From an uncultured delta proteobacterium (GTDB lineage: Bacteria; Desulfobacterota; Binatia; Binatales; Binataceae): 64,000 nt of DNA. The position numbers and the translations under genes are program-made. Positions 29,760 to 39,900 of this stretch are shown here, in pieces. Under the pieces are notes generated by a model, which saw only the letters and a list, made by a program, of their open reading frames with translations, was not told the DNA's origin and made no database searches. The DNA is taken from contig CAWCDG010000010.1 in the NCBI GenBank assembly GCA_963794325.1, positions 1 through 64,000 on the forward strand, read 5' to 3'. The number at the start of each line of letters is the position of its first letter. The first letter of the stretch is position 1.

Positions 29760-31115
29760 TCAGATCGCGCCAAGTTCGCGAAGCTTGTCGTCGAAAATCG
29801 CGCGAATTTCGGCAAGACGCTTTTCGCTGGTCGCTTCGAAGCGGGTAACCAGCGCTGGCTGCGTGTTCGACGCGCGCACGAGGCCCCATCCGTCGGGAAA
29901 ATTCACGCGCACGCCGTCGATGTCGATGACTTCGTAGTGCTTGCGGAAAAATTCCGCCGCGCGCCGCACCACTTCGAATTTGCGGTCGTCGGGGCAATCG
30001 ACGCGAATTTCCGGCGTGATATGGCTCGCGGGAAGATCGGCAAGGATCGCGCCGAGGCCGCGGCCCTCGCGGCTCAGAATTTCCAGCAGGCGGAACGATG
30101 CGTAGATGGCGTCGTCGAAGCCGAAGTAGCGGTCGGCGAAAAACATGTGCCCGCTCATCTCGCCCGCCAGCGCGGCGTGCTCTTCCTTCAACTTGCTCTT
30201 GATCAGCGAATGCCCGGTCTTCCACATGATTGGGCGGCCGCCGTGGCGCGCGATGTCGTCGTACATCCGCTTCGAGCATTTCACTTCGCCGATAATCGTC
30301 GCTCCGGGACGCTCGCGCAGAATCGCGCGCGAGAACGCAACCATCAACTCGTCGCCCCACACGATTTTCCCGTTCTCGTCCACCGCGCCGATGCGATCGG
30401 CGTCACCGTCGTACGCGATTCCGACTGCTGCGCGATTGGTTTTCACCGCCGCGATCAGATCGCGCATGTTCTCCTCGACGGTCGGGTCCGGATGATGGTT
30501 CGGGAAGCGTCCATCCATCTCGGTGTAGAGCTCGATCGTATCGAGGCCGAGCCGCTTCATCAGCGGCGCCGCGATCACGCCGCCGCATCCGTTGCCCCCG
30601 TCCACGACGACCTTCATGCCCGGCGTGAGCTTGAACTGCGACATAATGAAATCGTTGTAGTCAGGAATCACGGGACGATCGGTAAGTTTCCCCTTCGTGC
30701 CAGTCGTGACGAAATCACGCCGCTCGATTATCTCGCGCAGCCGCTGAATCTCGGCACCGTGAATCGTCGTCGGCCCGACGCCCAGCTTGAAGCCGTTGTA
30801 CTCGGCCGCGTTATGACTGCCGGTGATCATCGCGCCGCCGTCCATCTTCCAGCTCAGCACCGAAAAATACAGCAAGGGCGTCGGCACCACACCGATATCA
30901 ACCACGTCAATGCCGGCGCCGAGCAAACCCTCGGCCAGCCGATCGTGGAGGCGGTCCGACGACAACCGGCAATCGCGGCCGAGCGTGATTGTCTTCTTGC
31001 CCGCTTGATGCAACAGCGTCGCGTAGCCGCGCCCGAGATCGGCCACGAACGCGTCGTCGAAGTCATCCTCGACGATTCCGCGGATGTCGTACTCGCGGAA
31101 GACCTGCGAATTCAT
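29760..31115 (-). CDS. algC: Phosphomannomutase/phosphoglucomutase
   Basis: FREYDIRG, TGSHN, DGDADR, GEMSGH, RASNT. Confidence 0.92.
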   Translation of the reverse strand: MNSQVFREYDIRGIVEDDFDDAFVADLGRGYATLLHQAGKKTITLGRDCRLSSDRLHDRLAEGLLGAGIDVVDIGVVPTPLLYFSVLSWKMDGGAMITGSHNAAEYNGFKLGVGPTTIHGAEIQRLREIIERRDFVTTGTKGKLTDRPVIPDYNDFIMSQFKLTPGMKVVVDGGNGCGGVIAAPLMKRLGLDTIELYTEMDGRFPNHHPDPTVEENMRDLIAAVKTNRAAVGIAYDGDADRIGAVDENGKIVWGDELMVAFSRAILRERPGATIIGEVKCSKRMYDDIARHGGRPIMWKTGHSLIKSKLKEEHAALAGEMSGHMFFADRYFGFDDAIYASFRLLEILSREGRGLGAILADLPASHITPEIRVDCPDDRKFEVVRRAAEFFRKHYEVIDIDGVRVNFPDGWGLVRASNTQPALVTRFEATSEKRLAEIRAIFDDKLRELGAI

Positions 31116-31162
31116 TATCGTCAGTCTGTGCGAGCGATTACGTCAGTGCAAGATGGCTACCA

Positions 31163-31924
31163 ATGAGTGCCGCGGGAAAATCGCGCGGCGATGAGGATCG
31201 CGTCGCGATAGTCACCGGCGCCGGCCGCGGCATCGGGCGGGCGGTCGCGGTCGAGCTTGCACGCGCGGGCTACTCGCTATGCCTCGCCGCGCGATCGCGC
31301 GACGAACTCGAGGAGACCCGCTCCCAGAGCGGCCTTCCAAACGAACGCGCCTTGATTGTTCTGGTTGATTTGGCATCGGAGGACGCACCCGACCTGCTCA
31401 CAGGCGCCGCGCTCGACTGCTTCGGACGTGTTGACGTATTGGTCAACAACGCCGGATGGGCCCCGCCGCGCACGCCGCTACTCAAGATGCGGCCGGTCGA
31501 CATCGACCGCATGATCGCAGTAAATCTCCGCGCGCCAATCGCGCTCACGCGTCTGGCCGCCGCTGCTATGACGCCGCAGGGCAGTGGCACGATCGTCAAC
31601 GTCGCATCTTCGGCGGCGATTAAAGCTCCAGCCGGCGAGGCGGTTTACGCGGCGACCAAAGCCGCGCTGATCGCATTCACGCGCGCGTCGTTCCACGAGA
31701 TGCGGCAAAGTGGGATCAAGCTCTCGGTGATCGTCCCTGGACTCGTCGATACTGCGTTGATCCCGAACAACAAGCGGCTCGATCGCGCGGCGATGCTTTC
31801 GACGGCTGACGTCGCCCGCACCGTGATGCAAATCGTGAACTCGCCCGCGGGCGCGTGCCCGGTCGAAGTGACGCTGGAGCCACAAATCGATCCGGAGCGG
31901 CCGCGCTGGGGGAACGTCATTTAA
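31163..31924 (+). CDS. SDR family oxidoreductase
   Basis: TGAGRGIG, NNAG, YAATK. Confidence 0.88.
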   Translation: MSAAGKSRGDEDRVAIVTGAGRGIGRAVAVELARAGYSLCLAARSRDELEETRSQSGLPNERALIVLVDLASEDAPDLLTGAALDCFGRVDVLVNNAGWAPPRTPLLKMRPVDIDRMIAVNLRAPIALTRLAAAAMTPQGSGTIVNVASSAAIKAPAGEAVYAATKAALIAFTRASFHEMRQSGIKLSVIVPGLVDTALIPNNKRLDRAAMLSTADVARTVMQIVNSPAGACPVEVTLEPQIDPERPRWGNVI

Positions 31925-31984
31925 AATGAAACCCGCGATGGGTTTCAAGCTTCCTTCGGCAGGGGTGACCCCTGCACCCGGTAT
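31921..31984 (-). repeat. Two-hairpin repeat, family A (reverse); its TTAA end overlaps the SDR stop
   Basis: Reverse complement TACCGGGTGCAGGGGTCACCCCTGCCGAAGGAAGCTTGAAACCCATCGCGGGTTTCATTTTAA. Confidence 0.85.
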
Positions 31985-32033
31985 TAATCGCAAAATGGCG
32001 AGGACGCCATTTTGTTCTCCCAATAATCTTGTT

Positions 32034-32067
32034 CCCCTTCCCGCTCGGGAAGGGGTTAGGGGTTAGG
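32034..32067 (+). repeat. Palindromic repeat, family B
   Basis: Identical to the 21150 copy. Confidence 0.9.
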
Positions 32068-32071
32068 TTCC

Positions 32072-32968
32072 GTGCATCGATCATTCACGGCGCGTTTCGC
32101 ACTCGTGCTGGTCGCGGGAATCGTCGGCGCGATCATTCTAGCGCCGCTCGCGGCAGTCGCGGTCGCGCACGCCGGATGGCGCTTCCCGTTTCCCCGAATT
32201 TTCGATCGCACCGTGATGGCGACGCTGCTGATCGCGATGCTGTTCGCCGCGCGCGACCTGAATCTCGTCTCGCTGGTCATTCGCGGCTTCAAACATCCCT
32301 TGGCGCCAAGTATCGTGCGAGCGATTCGCGGCTTCGTCGTAGCGATGATCGCGATTGCGATCTTATTCGGACTTGCGCTCGCTGTTGGCGGCGGCGGGAT
32401 CGGCAATCACGAACCAGCCGTCGCGCTGATACCGAAATATTTTGTTTCGGCGATTGCGATCGCATTCATCGAGGAAGCATTCTTCCGCGCATTCCTGCTC
32501 GGCGGAATGCGCGGAGACTTCGGCGACCGCGTCGCGCTGATCGCAAGCGCCGCAATCTACGCCGTCGCGCATCTGGTGCGATCTCCTGCGCGCTTCTATG
32601 TGACTGGCTACCAGCCAACGGCAGGATTAGTGACGCTCGCGCACAGCATCGACCAGTTCACTAACCCTGCAATCGCGATTCCTACACTGATCGGACTGTT
32701 CCTTCTCGGGATAGTGCTCGGCGAAGCGTATCTCCTCACGGGCAGTGTGTATTTTTCGATCGGCCTGCACTGCGGCTTCGTGCTGGGCGCGAAAATGTGG
32801 CCGAAAATAATCCTCAACCGCGCGGTTGTGCCATGGTGGATAGCTGGCGGCGGCGCAATCCCGCTGATCGGTGGGGCTGCCGCATGGATAATCGCGATAG
32901 CTATCTTCGCAATGCTCCGCCCGGTCACCGGCGCGCAGCGAGCGGTCCATTGGCGATCAGTTGTATAG
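32072..32968 (+). CDS. CPBP (CAAX-like) intramembrane metalloprotease
   Basis: EEAFFR, YAVAH, IGLH motifs; many TM segments. Confidence 0.88.
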   Translation: MHRSFTARFALVLVAGIVGAIILAPLAAVAVAHAGWRFPFPRIFDRTVMATLLIAMLFAARDLNLVSLVIRGFKHPLAPSIVRAIRGFVVAMIAIAILFGLALAVGGGGIGNHEPAVALIPKYFVSAIAIAFIEEAFFRAFLLGGMRGDFGDRVALIASAAIYAVAHLVRSPARFYVTGYQPTAGLVTLAHSIDQFTNPAIAIPTLIGLFLLGIVLGEAYLLTGSVYFSIGLHCGFVLGAKMWPKIILNRAVVPWWIAGGGAIPLIGGAAAWIIAIAIFAMLRPVTGAQRAVHWRSVV

Positions 32969-34045
32969 CGAAGGGGACCCGCTCACCGGTCTTGTGCGGT
33001 AGCGGCGGTGGGTCCAGAGCCATTGGTCGGGGTATTTTCGGACCATCTCTTCGATGGCTTTTTGATAGCGGGCGGTGTTTACCAGCGCGTCCGCCTCGCG
33101 GTCGCCGGTGCGCTGCTGGGGGATCTCTTCGAAGATTTCTATTACGTGGCTGATGCCGTCGGGCTGGCGCACGATGAAGACTGGGACGACGGGCGCGCCG
33201 GCCATCATGGCGAGGCGATCGAAGCCGCTGGGGGTTGCCGCCAGTTCGCCGAAGAATGGGACCCAGATTGCTTCTGAGCGCTTGGCGTTCTGATCGAGCG
33301 GGATTCCTATAATCTCGCCGCGCTTGAGCGAGCGGAGCATCTCGCGCGCCGCGCTGTGCTTGCGAATTATCTGGACGCCGGCGCGCTCGCGGATGAACGA
33401 CATCAGATCGTCGCCCGCCAGAAAGCGTTGCGTGTGATGCACCAGGCCTATCTGGAAGCCGTGCAGCGCGTGGCCCGCAGGCAACATCTCGAAACCGCCG
33501 AAGTGCGCGGTCAGGATTAGCGCGCCCTTGCCGGGGTAGCGCGGATGGAGTTCGTTCCAGACGTCGAGGCGATTGTAGCTGATGCGGCGCGCCAGGCTGC
33601 GGTAGAAGAATCCACCCAGCCGAACGTACTCGGCTCCACAGCGGCCCAGATTGATGTACGACGCTCGCAGGATGCGATCGCGCTCGGCGGCGCTCTTTTC
33701 AGGGAACGCAATTTCGAGATTGCGGGCTCCGATTCGCCGATGGCGGTGGTCGAAGCGGTGAAAGATCAAACCGCAGGCGATTCCCAGCTGGTACAGAATG
33801 AAGTCGGGCAGGAGGCTGAGCGCGTGCAGCGTGGCGACCAGCATCCAGAAAACGAGCCGGTCCTTGGTTCCCAACTGGATGCGCGTGCTCTTCGGAGCTC
33901 CGCGGGAGAGCGGAAAGTCAGACTTCTGCGGGGCGCCATCAGTCGCGTCGGCGGGAGCGACGCCGCGCCGCAGCATATCGCCGGTCGAAGCATCCGATTC
34001 ATCGCGATCGAACTTTGCATTTGCTGACGGAGACGCTTGCGCCAT
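32957..34045 (-). CDS. Lipid A acyltransferase (LpxL/HtrB family)
   Basis: LTAHFGGFE, PLDQ, VPFFG, YPDQWLWTHRRYR. Confidence 0.88.
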   Translation of the reverse strand: MAQASPSANAKFDRDESDASTGDMLRRGVAPADATDGAPQKSDFPLSRGAPKSTRIQLGTKDRLVFWMLVATLHALSLLPDFILYQLGIACGLIFHRFDHRHRRIGARNLEIAFPEKSAAERDRILRASYINLGRCGAEYVRLGGFFYRSLARRISYNRLDVWNELHPRYPGKGALILTAHFGGFEMLPAGHALHGFQIGLVHHTQRFLAGDDLMSFIRERAGVQIIRKHSAAREMLRSLKRGEIIGIPLDQNAKRSEAIWVPFFGELAATPSGFDRLAMMAGAPVVPVFIVRQPDGISHVIEIFEEIPQQRTGDREADALVNTARYQKAIEEMVRKYPDQWLWTHRRYRTRPVSGSPSLYN

Positions 34046-35281
34046 CTAGAGTACCGACCGTTCGCGCTTGGGGCCCTTGGGAATCACGACCAGGCCCGAA
34101 TCAGTGACGAAAAATCGCTGCCGGTCGCGCTCGAGGTCGTATCCTATCTCTTCGCCTTCGGGAACATAGACGTTCTTGTCGATAATCGCGCGCCGGATTT
34201 TCGCGTGCCGCCCGATTTCCGCGTAGTCCATGATGACCGAATCCTCGACCAGGCTGTACGAATGCACGAACACCGAGCGCCCGAGCACCGAGTTGCGAAC
34301 CGCGCCGCCCGACACGATACATCCCTCGCCGATCACGGAATGCAGCGCCAGGCCGCGCCGCCCGTTCTCATCGAACACGAACTTCGCCGGCGGCTGATCG
34401 TAGTACGCGGTGCGCAACGGCCAGTACGCATTGTACAGGTTCAGGTGCGGACGCGCGTCGCGCAGATCCATGTTGGCCTCGTAGTACGTGTCGAGCGTCC
34501 CGACGTCGCGCCAGTAACTGAGATTGACCTCGGAGTCGCCGCGAATTCGATTGGTCATGAAGTTGTACGCGTACACCGGCACCCGGTTGATCAGCGCCGG
34601 AATCAGGTCGCGGCCGAAATCGTGATTGCTATGCTCGTTGATCGAATCCTCGATCAGCGCCTCGCGCAGCACATCCGGACTGAACAGGTAATTGCCCATC
34701 GAGGCCAGCGAGCGCCCGGGCGCGCCGGGCATCTGCGGCGGATTGTCCGGCTTCTCAACGAAACCCGAAACGCGCAGCCCCGAATCGACCTGCACGATGC
34801 CGAACTGATTCGCCTCATCGACATTCACCGGCAGCGTCGCGACGGTGACGGCCGCCTTGCGCTCCATGTGAAACTCGATCATCTGCTGGATGTCCATCCG
34901 ATAGATATGGTCCGCGCCGAAGACCGCGACGAGGTCCGGCTTGGTATCGTCGATAAGATTGAGATTCTGAAAAATCGCGTCGGCAGTCCCCTGGTACCAC
35001 AGCTCGCCCATCCGCATCTGGGCCGGCACGGGGATGACGAAGTGATCGGGGAGCATCCCGCCGAATTGCCATCCGTCCTTGAGATGCTCGATCAGCGATT
35101 GCGAACGCCATTGCACGAGCACGTAAATCGCGTAGATGCCCGAATTGACGAGATTCGAGAGCACGAAGTCGATGATGCGATATTTGCCGCCGAACGGAAC
35201 CGCCGGCTTGGCGCGATCGCGGGTAAGGGGATGCAGCCGCGTCCCCTGCCCTCCGGCCATCACTAGCGCCAGCGTTCTCAT
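34046..35281 (-). CDS. glgC: Glucose-1-phosphate adenylyltransferase
   Basis: AGGQGTRL..RAKPAVPFGG, WYQGTADA, FVEKP, YWRDVG. Confidence 0.95.
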   Translation of the reverse strand: MRTLALVMAGGQGTRLHPLTRDRAKPAVPFGGKYRIIDFVLSNLVNSGIYAIYVLVQWRSQSLIEHLKDGWQFGGMLPDHFVIPVPAQMRMGELWYQGTADAIFQNLNLIDDTKPDLVAVFGADHIYRMDIQQMIEFHMERKAAVTVATLPVNVDEANQFGIVQVDSGLRVSGFVEKPDNPPQMPGAPGRSLASMGNYLFSPDVLREALIEDSINEHSNHDFGRDLIPALINRVPVYAYNFMTNRIRGDSEVNLSYWRDVGTLDTYYEANMDLRDARPHLNLYNAYWPLRTAYYDQPPAKFVFDENGRRGLALHSVIGEGCIVSGGAVRNSVLGRSVFVHSYSLVEDSVIMDYAEIGRHAKIRRAIIDKNVYVPEGEEIGYDLERDRQRFFVTDSGLVVIPKGPKRERSVL

Positions 35282-35545
35282 TTGGACAAATCGACTCGGG
35301 TAATCATTTCTCAATCGGCCTCGGCAGAATTAGCCCGCCAAGTATAAGTGTCTCACGGTATCATCGGAAGTCTAATCGGCCGGGAACCAACGGTGCAGCA
35401 TTTTTGTTTGAAAAATCGCGGACTTTTGCCAAACGCCGCAGGAATTTCCGGATACCGGCCAGAGTCCTTCACAACATGAGGTTCCGTGAAGGTGAATTTA
35501 GCTTGATTTTACTCAATTTTGCCTTCCGTCGCCAATTGTTACGCG

Positions 35546-35561
35546 AGGCACGTCCTTTGCT
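35546..35561 (+). promoter_or_regulatory. Sigma54 -24/-12 promoter
   Basis: AGGCACGTCCTTTGCT has exact GG-N10-GC spacing, ~100 nt before the 35663 ATG. Confidence 0.55.
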
Positions 35562-35662
35562 TGAAACTTCGGTGACGATCTTACGTCTAAGTTGCTAAGC
35601 GTGGTTATCTTAATTTGACGCGAACCTCTCACGGTGTTGCCGCGGGAGCGGAGGATAGAAAA

Positions 35663-35962
35663 ATGCAAACAGCGGTTAGCAGACAGGAATCCAAGAGCAC
35701 CAGTAACCCGGGAATCGTTTACCGGACTATTTGTCAGAATCCGGGATGCGGGTTCAAGTTCGATCTTCGGATCACCCCTCAAAACGCGAGCCTGCTTAGC
35801 GGTTCGATGCCGTGTCCGCACTGCAAGCGTCATGGCGGCCAACTCAAATCTCAGGGACGCATCAGCGAAAAGGTCTTCGCGGCCAAGCTGCTGTTCCGTG
35901 CGACCGGGCTCGGTGGGACCCGCGGCGATGACGACGAAATGGGAGCTGATTCCCGCTATTAA
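35663..35962 (+). CDS. Small zinc-binding hypothetical protein
   Basis: GGAGG RBS; CQNPGC..CPHC; own terminator. Confidence 0.75.
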   Translation: MQTAVSRQESKSTSNPGIVYRTICQNPGCGFKFDLRITPQNASLLSGSMPCPHCKRHGGQLKSQGRISEKVFAAKLLFRATGLGGTRGDDDEMGADSRY

Positions 35963-36023
35963 CGTGTCCGCAGATCATTTAGTATTTTCAGTCCGTCACT
36001 AGATCCGTTGACTCATCAGTACG

Positions 36024-36068
36024 ACGCGCGCCGTCCGGCAACCCCGGACGGCGCGCGCGTTTTCTTTT
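36024..36068 (+). terminator. Rho-independent terminator
   Basis: CGCGCGCCGTCCGG..CCGGACGGCGCGCG plus T tract. Confidence 0.75.
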
Positions 36069-36113
36069 CGGGAAAAGCTCTTCCCGAGGACATCGCCTAG
36101 CTTCCGTCGACGC

Positions 36114-36725
36114 TCAGAGCACGTCCCCTATCGGGGTATCGACCGTGATGCGCGTCGCCGTGATGTTACCCACAACTTCGACGGTCAGGTTCCCCGAAGG
36201 ATCGTAAAAATCGGTCTTGAATGTGCCGGTGTACTGGTCGGCTTTCTTGTCGAGCGTGACGTCTTCGCGAACCTGCGCCGGACCGACGAAGTTGTTGCTG
36301 GTGTCGAAGGTCAGCGCAAAGTGATTCAGCTGATAGCTGGACGGTCCGGTCTTCTGCCACACCCCCATGCAGAAACTTTGGGTAACAGGGGCGCGGGATG
36401 AATTCATCATCTCGGTACCGTCGTCGTGCCACTGCACAAATGCATTGTCGAGGACGGTGCCATCAGGAATACCGGCGTTCCCCTCAGCAATGAACTTCAC
36501 CTTCCAGAAGCCAACGATACCGGCGCCGCCGCCCGTATGATTGGCGACTCGCAGGAACGAGGCTGTCCCGACGATAGGCTCTCCTTCCCAAGACTGCTGC
36601 TGGATACCTCCGACCTTGAAAGAGCCGGAACCTGCGCATTGGGCATTCGCCCCAGAGACGAATCCCATCCCGATCAGGACCGTCGCGAGAGTCGCGGTGA
36701 TCGCCATTTTGAACATTGTACGCAT
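36114..36725 (-). CDS. Secreted beta-rich hypothetical protein
   Basis: Signal peptide ending ANA; IVGFW..WHDDGTE..CMGVW motif pattern. Confidence 0.72.
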   Translation of the reverse strand: MRTMFKMAITATLATVLIGMGFVSGANAQCAGSGSFKVGGIQQQSWEGEPIVGTASFLRVANHTGGGAGIVGFWKVKFIAEGNAGIPDGTVLDNAFVQWHDDGTEMMNSSRAPVTQSFCMGVWQKTGPSSYQLNHFALTFDTSNNFVGPAQVREDVTLDKKADQYTGTFKTDFYDPSGNLTVEVVGNITATRITVDTPIGDVL

Positions 36726-36973
36726 TACATTTTTCCCCTGCCGCCGATTTTCGATAGCGGCATCGATTACGTTGCGGGCCCTCTTTGCTTTGTCGCGTTG
36801 ACTGCCGAGAAATGCGTAGCTGTTGGTCATGGACCTTCCTCCTTCTGGGAGGGCGCGAGCCTGCTCCCTGCCCTTCGGGCGTAAATCCCGAAGGAACAAT
36901 CGTTCGCTTCGAACGAACAAATGAGGGGGGAATGAACCTCAGACGACGCGGTACCGGGAGGACTTCGTCTAGT

Positions 36974-39900
36974 TCACAATTGCCATTTTATCCGGTCGGC
37001 GGGCGCATACCGACAGGTGCTACCGGTGGAGATGCAGTTGGCGAGATGGCGACCGAGCGGAGGGTTTACCTTTCGTACCGCATCGATCGCAGATTTGATC
37101 TGCCGGGTCACGTTGACTCGCGCGCGCTCGCGATGCGACGCGGCCCGCCGCAAGCCGCCGTGGAGCCCCGTCCCGGATGCGATTTCCTGCGATAACATCT
37201 CCTGCTCGGCGCGTGCGCGGGCGACAGCGCCGGAATCGTGCGATGCTTCCGCGGCTTCGATCTCACTCTCGACCTCGGCGAGACGGCGACGGTACTCGCT
37301 CAGCGCGCGCGCGTCGAATTCTTCTCCGGCGTCGCCGAGGTCACTCGCTGCGTTCAATCCATCTTGCGCTGGACTTATCCCGGCGCCTGCGGAAAGCGTC
37401 GCGAACATTTCGATCGCCGGGATTTCTTCGCCGGGATGGCCAAGCAGCATCGCGATGAATCGCATCCCGCCACGCTCGCGAACATTCGCAGACCCGCCTT
37501 CATAGGCTGTCTTCCAGTACTCACCCTCTTTGCGGAAGATCGACTGAGAGGTACCGCTATCGCGTTGCGCAACGGATGAGCAAGCGCTGGCCTGTCGGTC
37601 GCTTTCGACGCGATCGACCCAGCGCTGTCCCGCGCCCTGACGCTCGTAAATTTCGAGCGCGGCATCGAACTTCTCGCTGGCGCGTGCGTCGCCTGTCGCT
37701 AGGGCTCGTCCCCAGTAGAGGAGAGTTTCAGCTTCCTCCCAAGGCAGCGTGAATCGACGAAATATATCGATGGCGGTCGCAAAATGTTGCTCACCTTTCG
37801 CACTGTCGCCGACCGCGGCCGCGCAGACTCCGGCTGCGCGGTGAAAGTGACCGCCCAGCCCCCGCCAATCCTCGCCACCATCCACAATCTCGCGGCACCG
37901 AGCGAGATAACGGCTCGCCTCTCCCGTCGGGCCGGCGATTGCGCAAATCAGAGCCAGTTCAGCGGTCCCGCGAAGCTCGCTGGCCACGTCGCCGTGCGGC
38001 GTCGCCATGGAAAGCACCTGCGCGCAGACCTCTTTGGCAAGAGCGTACTCTTCCTGCATTCTGTGCAACCGAACGAGGAGAAACCCGACGGCGATCGCCA
38101 TCTCGAGGCCGCCCCTGGCAATCCATCCGTCCAAGCATTGCTCTGCGAGCTTGCGGGCCGAGTCCCAATCGCCTCTGTAGAACAGGCGCGAAACGTCGTG
38201 CGGCCAAGCACCCACAGGCGAGGTCAGCATGACCCATTCCTTGTCGTGTCGGTCGACTTCCGCAAGCTCTCCAGTCTCCGCGCATGCCATACTCAGAATA
38301 TGGTGTATCATCGAACGCCGAAATGGCGAATGTGCAGTTCGGTCACGCGCCAGTTCCCGATTCAGCCTCGCCTGCGCCTCCCGAGGGTCTCCAAGCATGA
38401 CAAGCAGAACAGCGGTGTTAACTGCGACCATAGATCCAATCGTCACGTCATCCGTCGCATCGGTTTCTATGGAGGCGTGATTGAGCATTTTCAGTCCCTG
38501 GCGCACATGCCCTTGCTTGACCAGGAACAGTCCTAACTCGAAAGCCGTATAGATCTGTAAGGATTTGATACCGTCGGCACGCTCGCAGAGCTCTATCGCT
38601 CGCCTGGCCGTAGCGATCCCGTCATCGACTGCGTTGGACGAGATGAAGGCTCCTGCTCTAGCCATCAGGACCCAGGCGAGTCCTACGCCAGAAGGATCTT
38701 GTGCCGCCAATTCTTCAGCCTTACGAAGATGCTCGAATGCTCGCGGCAAATCCATGATCATGTTCGGTCTTGCGCAATAGGCGCCTATTCTGATGTGGGC
38801 TTCACAGGCAGATGGCCAATCTCCCAGCTTCTCAGATGCACGCAACGCACCTTGCAGGTAGTCGATTGCTTTCGGCCCCGGCGTGACCATTTCGTCGCCA
38901 AGATGCATGAGGACAGATACGCGCCGCGAGTCGTCGCCGTCCTTCAGGTCAATCAATCTCATAGCTGCTTTCCAGCTTGCGCCTGCCTCGGCGTAAGCGA
39001 AGACCGCGTAGGCCGCGTCCCCCGCGCCGATCGAATAGCGGATTGCCTTCTCGTCGACGGCAGCCTCGAAAAAGTGATGCGCCAATTCCGCAAGATGAGG
39101 CGCGAGATTGGCGGCGTGTAGCTGCTCCAGCGCCTCACCAATCGCGCGATGCAGCCGCGTGCGTTCCGCCTCGGTCGAGCCCACGTAAAGCGACTCGCGG
39201 ATGAGCGGGTGGGTGAAGCGATAGCTGTCATGCGACGAGAGCGTGACGACACCCACTTCGGACGCCTCGTCCATCAACTCACCTGATGCTTCAGCGCTTA
39301 AGTCGCTGATTCGCCTGACCAAGGCAATGTCGAATTCCTGTCCCACTACAGCCGCGATAGCCAGTACCGACTGCGCATGCGTCGATAACAACCCGAGACG
39401 TTTACGGATCGCGCCGCGTACGTCTTCCGGCAGCTTGAACCCGCGCAGGTCGATGCGATCCGAGGTCCCGAGGTTTCGTTCCGCAAGCAGCACCCGGACT
39501 ACTCCATCGACGAAGAGCGGATTGCCCGCGGTGACGCGATGTAGCTCCGACGCGAATGCCGCGCTCGGCAAGCGCTGCGCGCGGTCCTCGACCATCTGTG
39601 TCACTTCATTCTGGTCTAGACCGGCAAGCTGTATCGCACGACCGTAGCGCAGGATCTCGCTGATAGTCTCGGACAGATAGGGCGAACGGCGTACCTCGGC
39701 GTCGCGATGCGTCCCAACTATGACGATTCGGGAATCTGTCAATCCGCGGGCGACGAACTTGAGCAGTTCGAGCGAGCTGTGATCGGCCTCGTGCAGATCG
39801 TCAAGGATCACTAGCAGCGGTTCCGCGCGCGCCAACTGTTTGAGCAGGGTTGCGACCGCGTCAAACAGTCGAAAACGCGCCTGCTGCGGATCGGACGGAA

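Noticed and set aside
16692-32664. ORFs starting in or running through repeats (MCHSERSEES.., MFPFPLGKGLGVR.., GAGVTPA..)
   Set aside because: Translations of palindromic repeat DNA, not credible proteins
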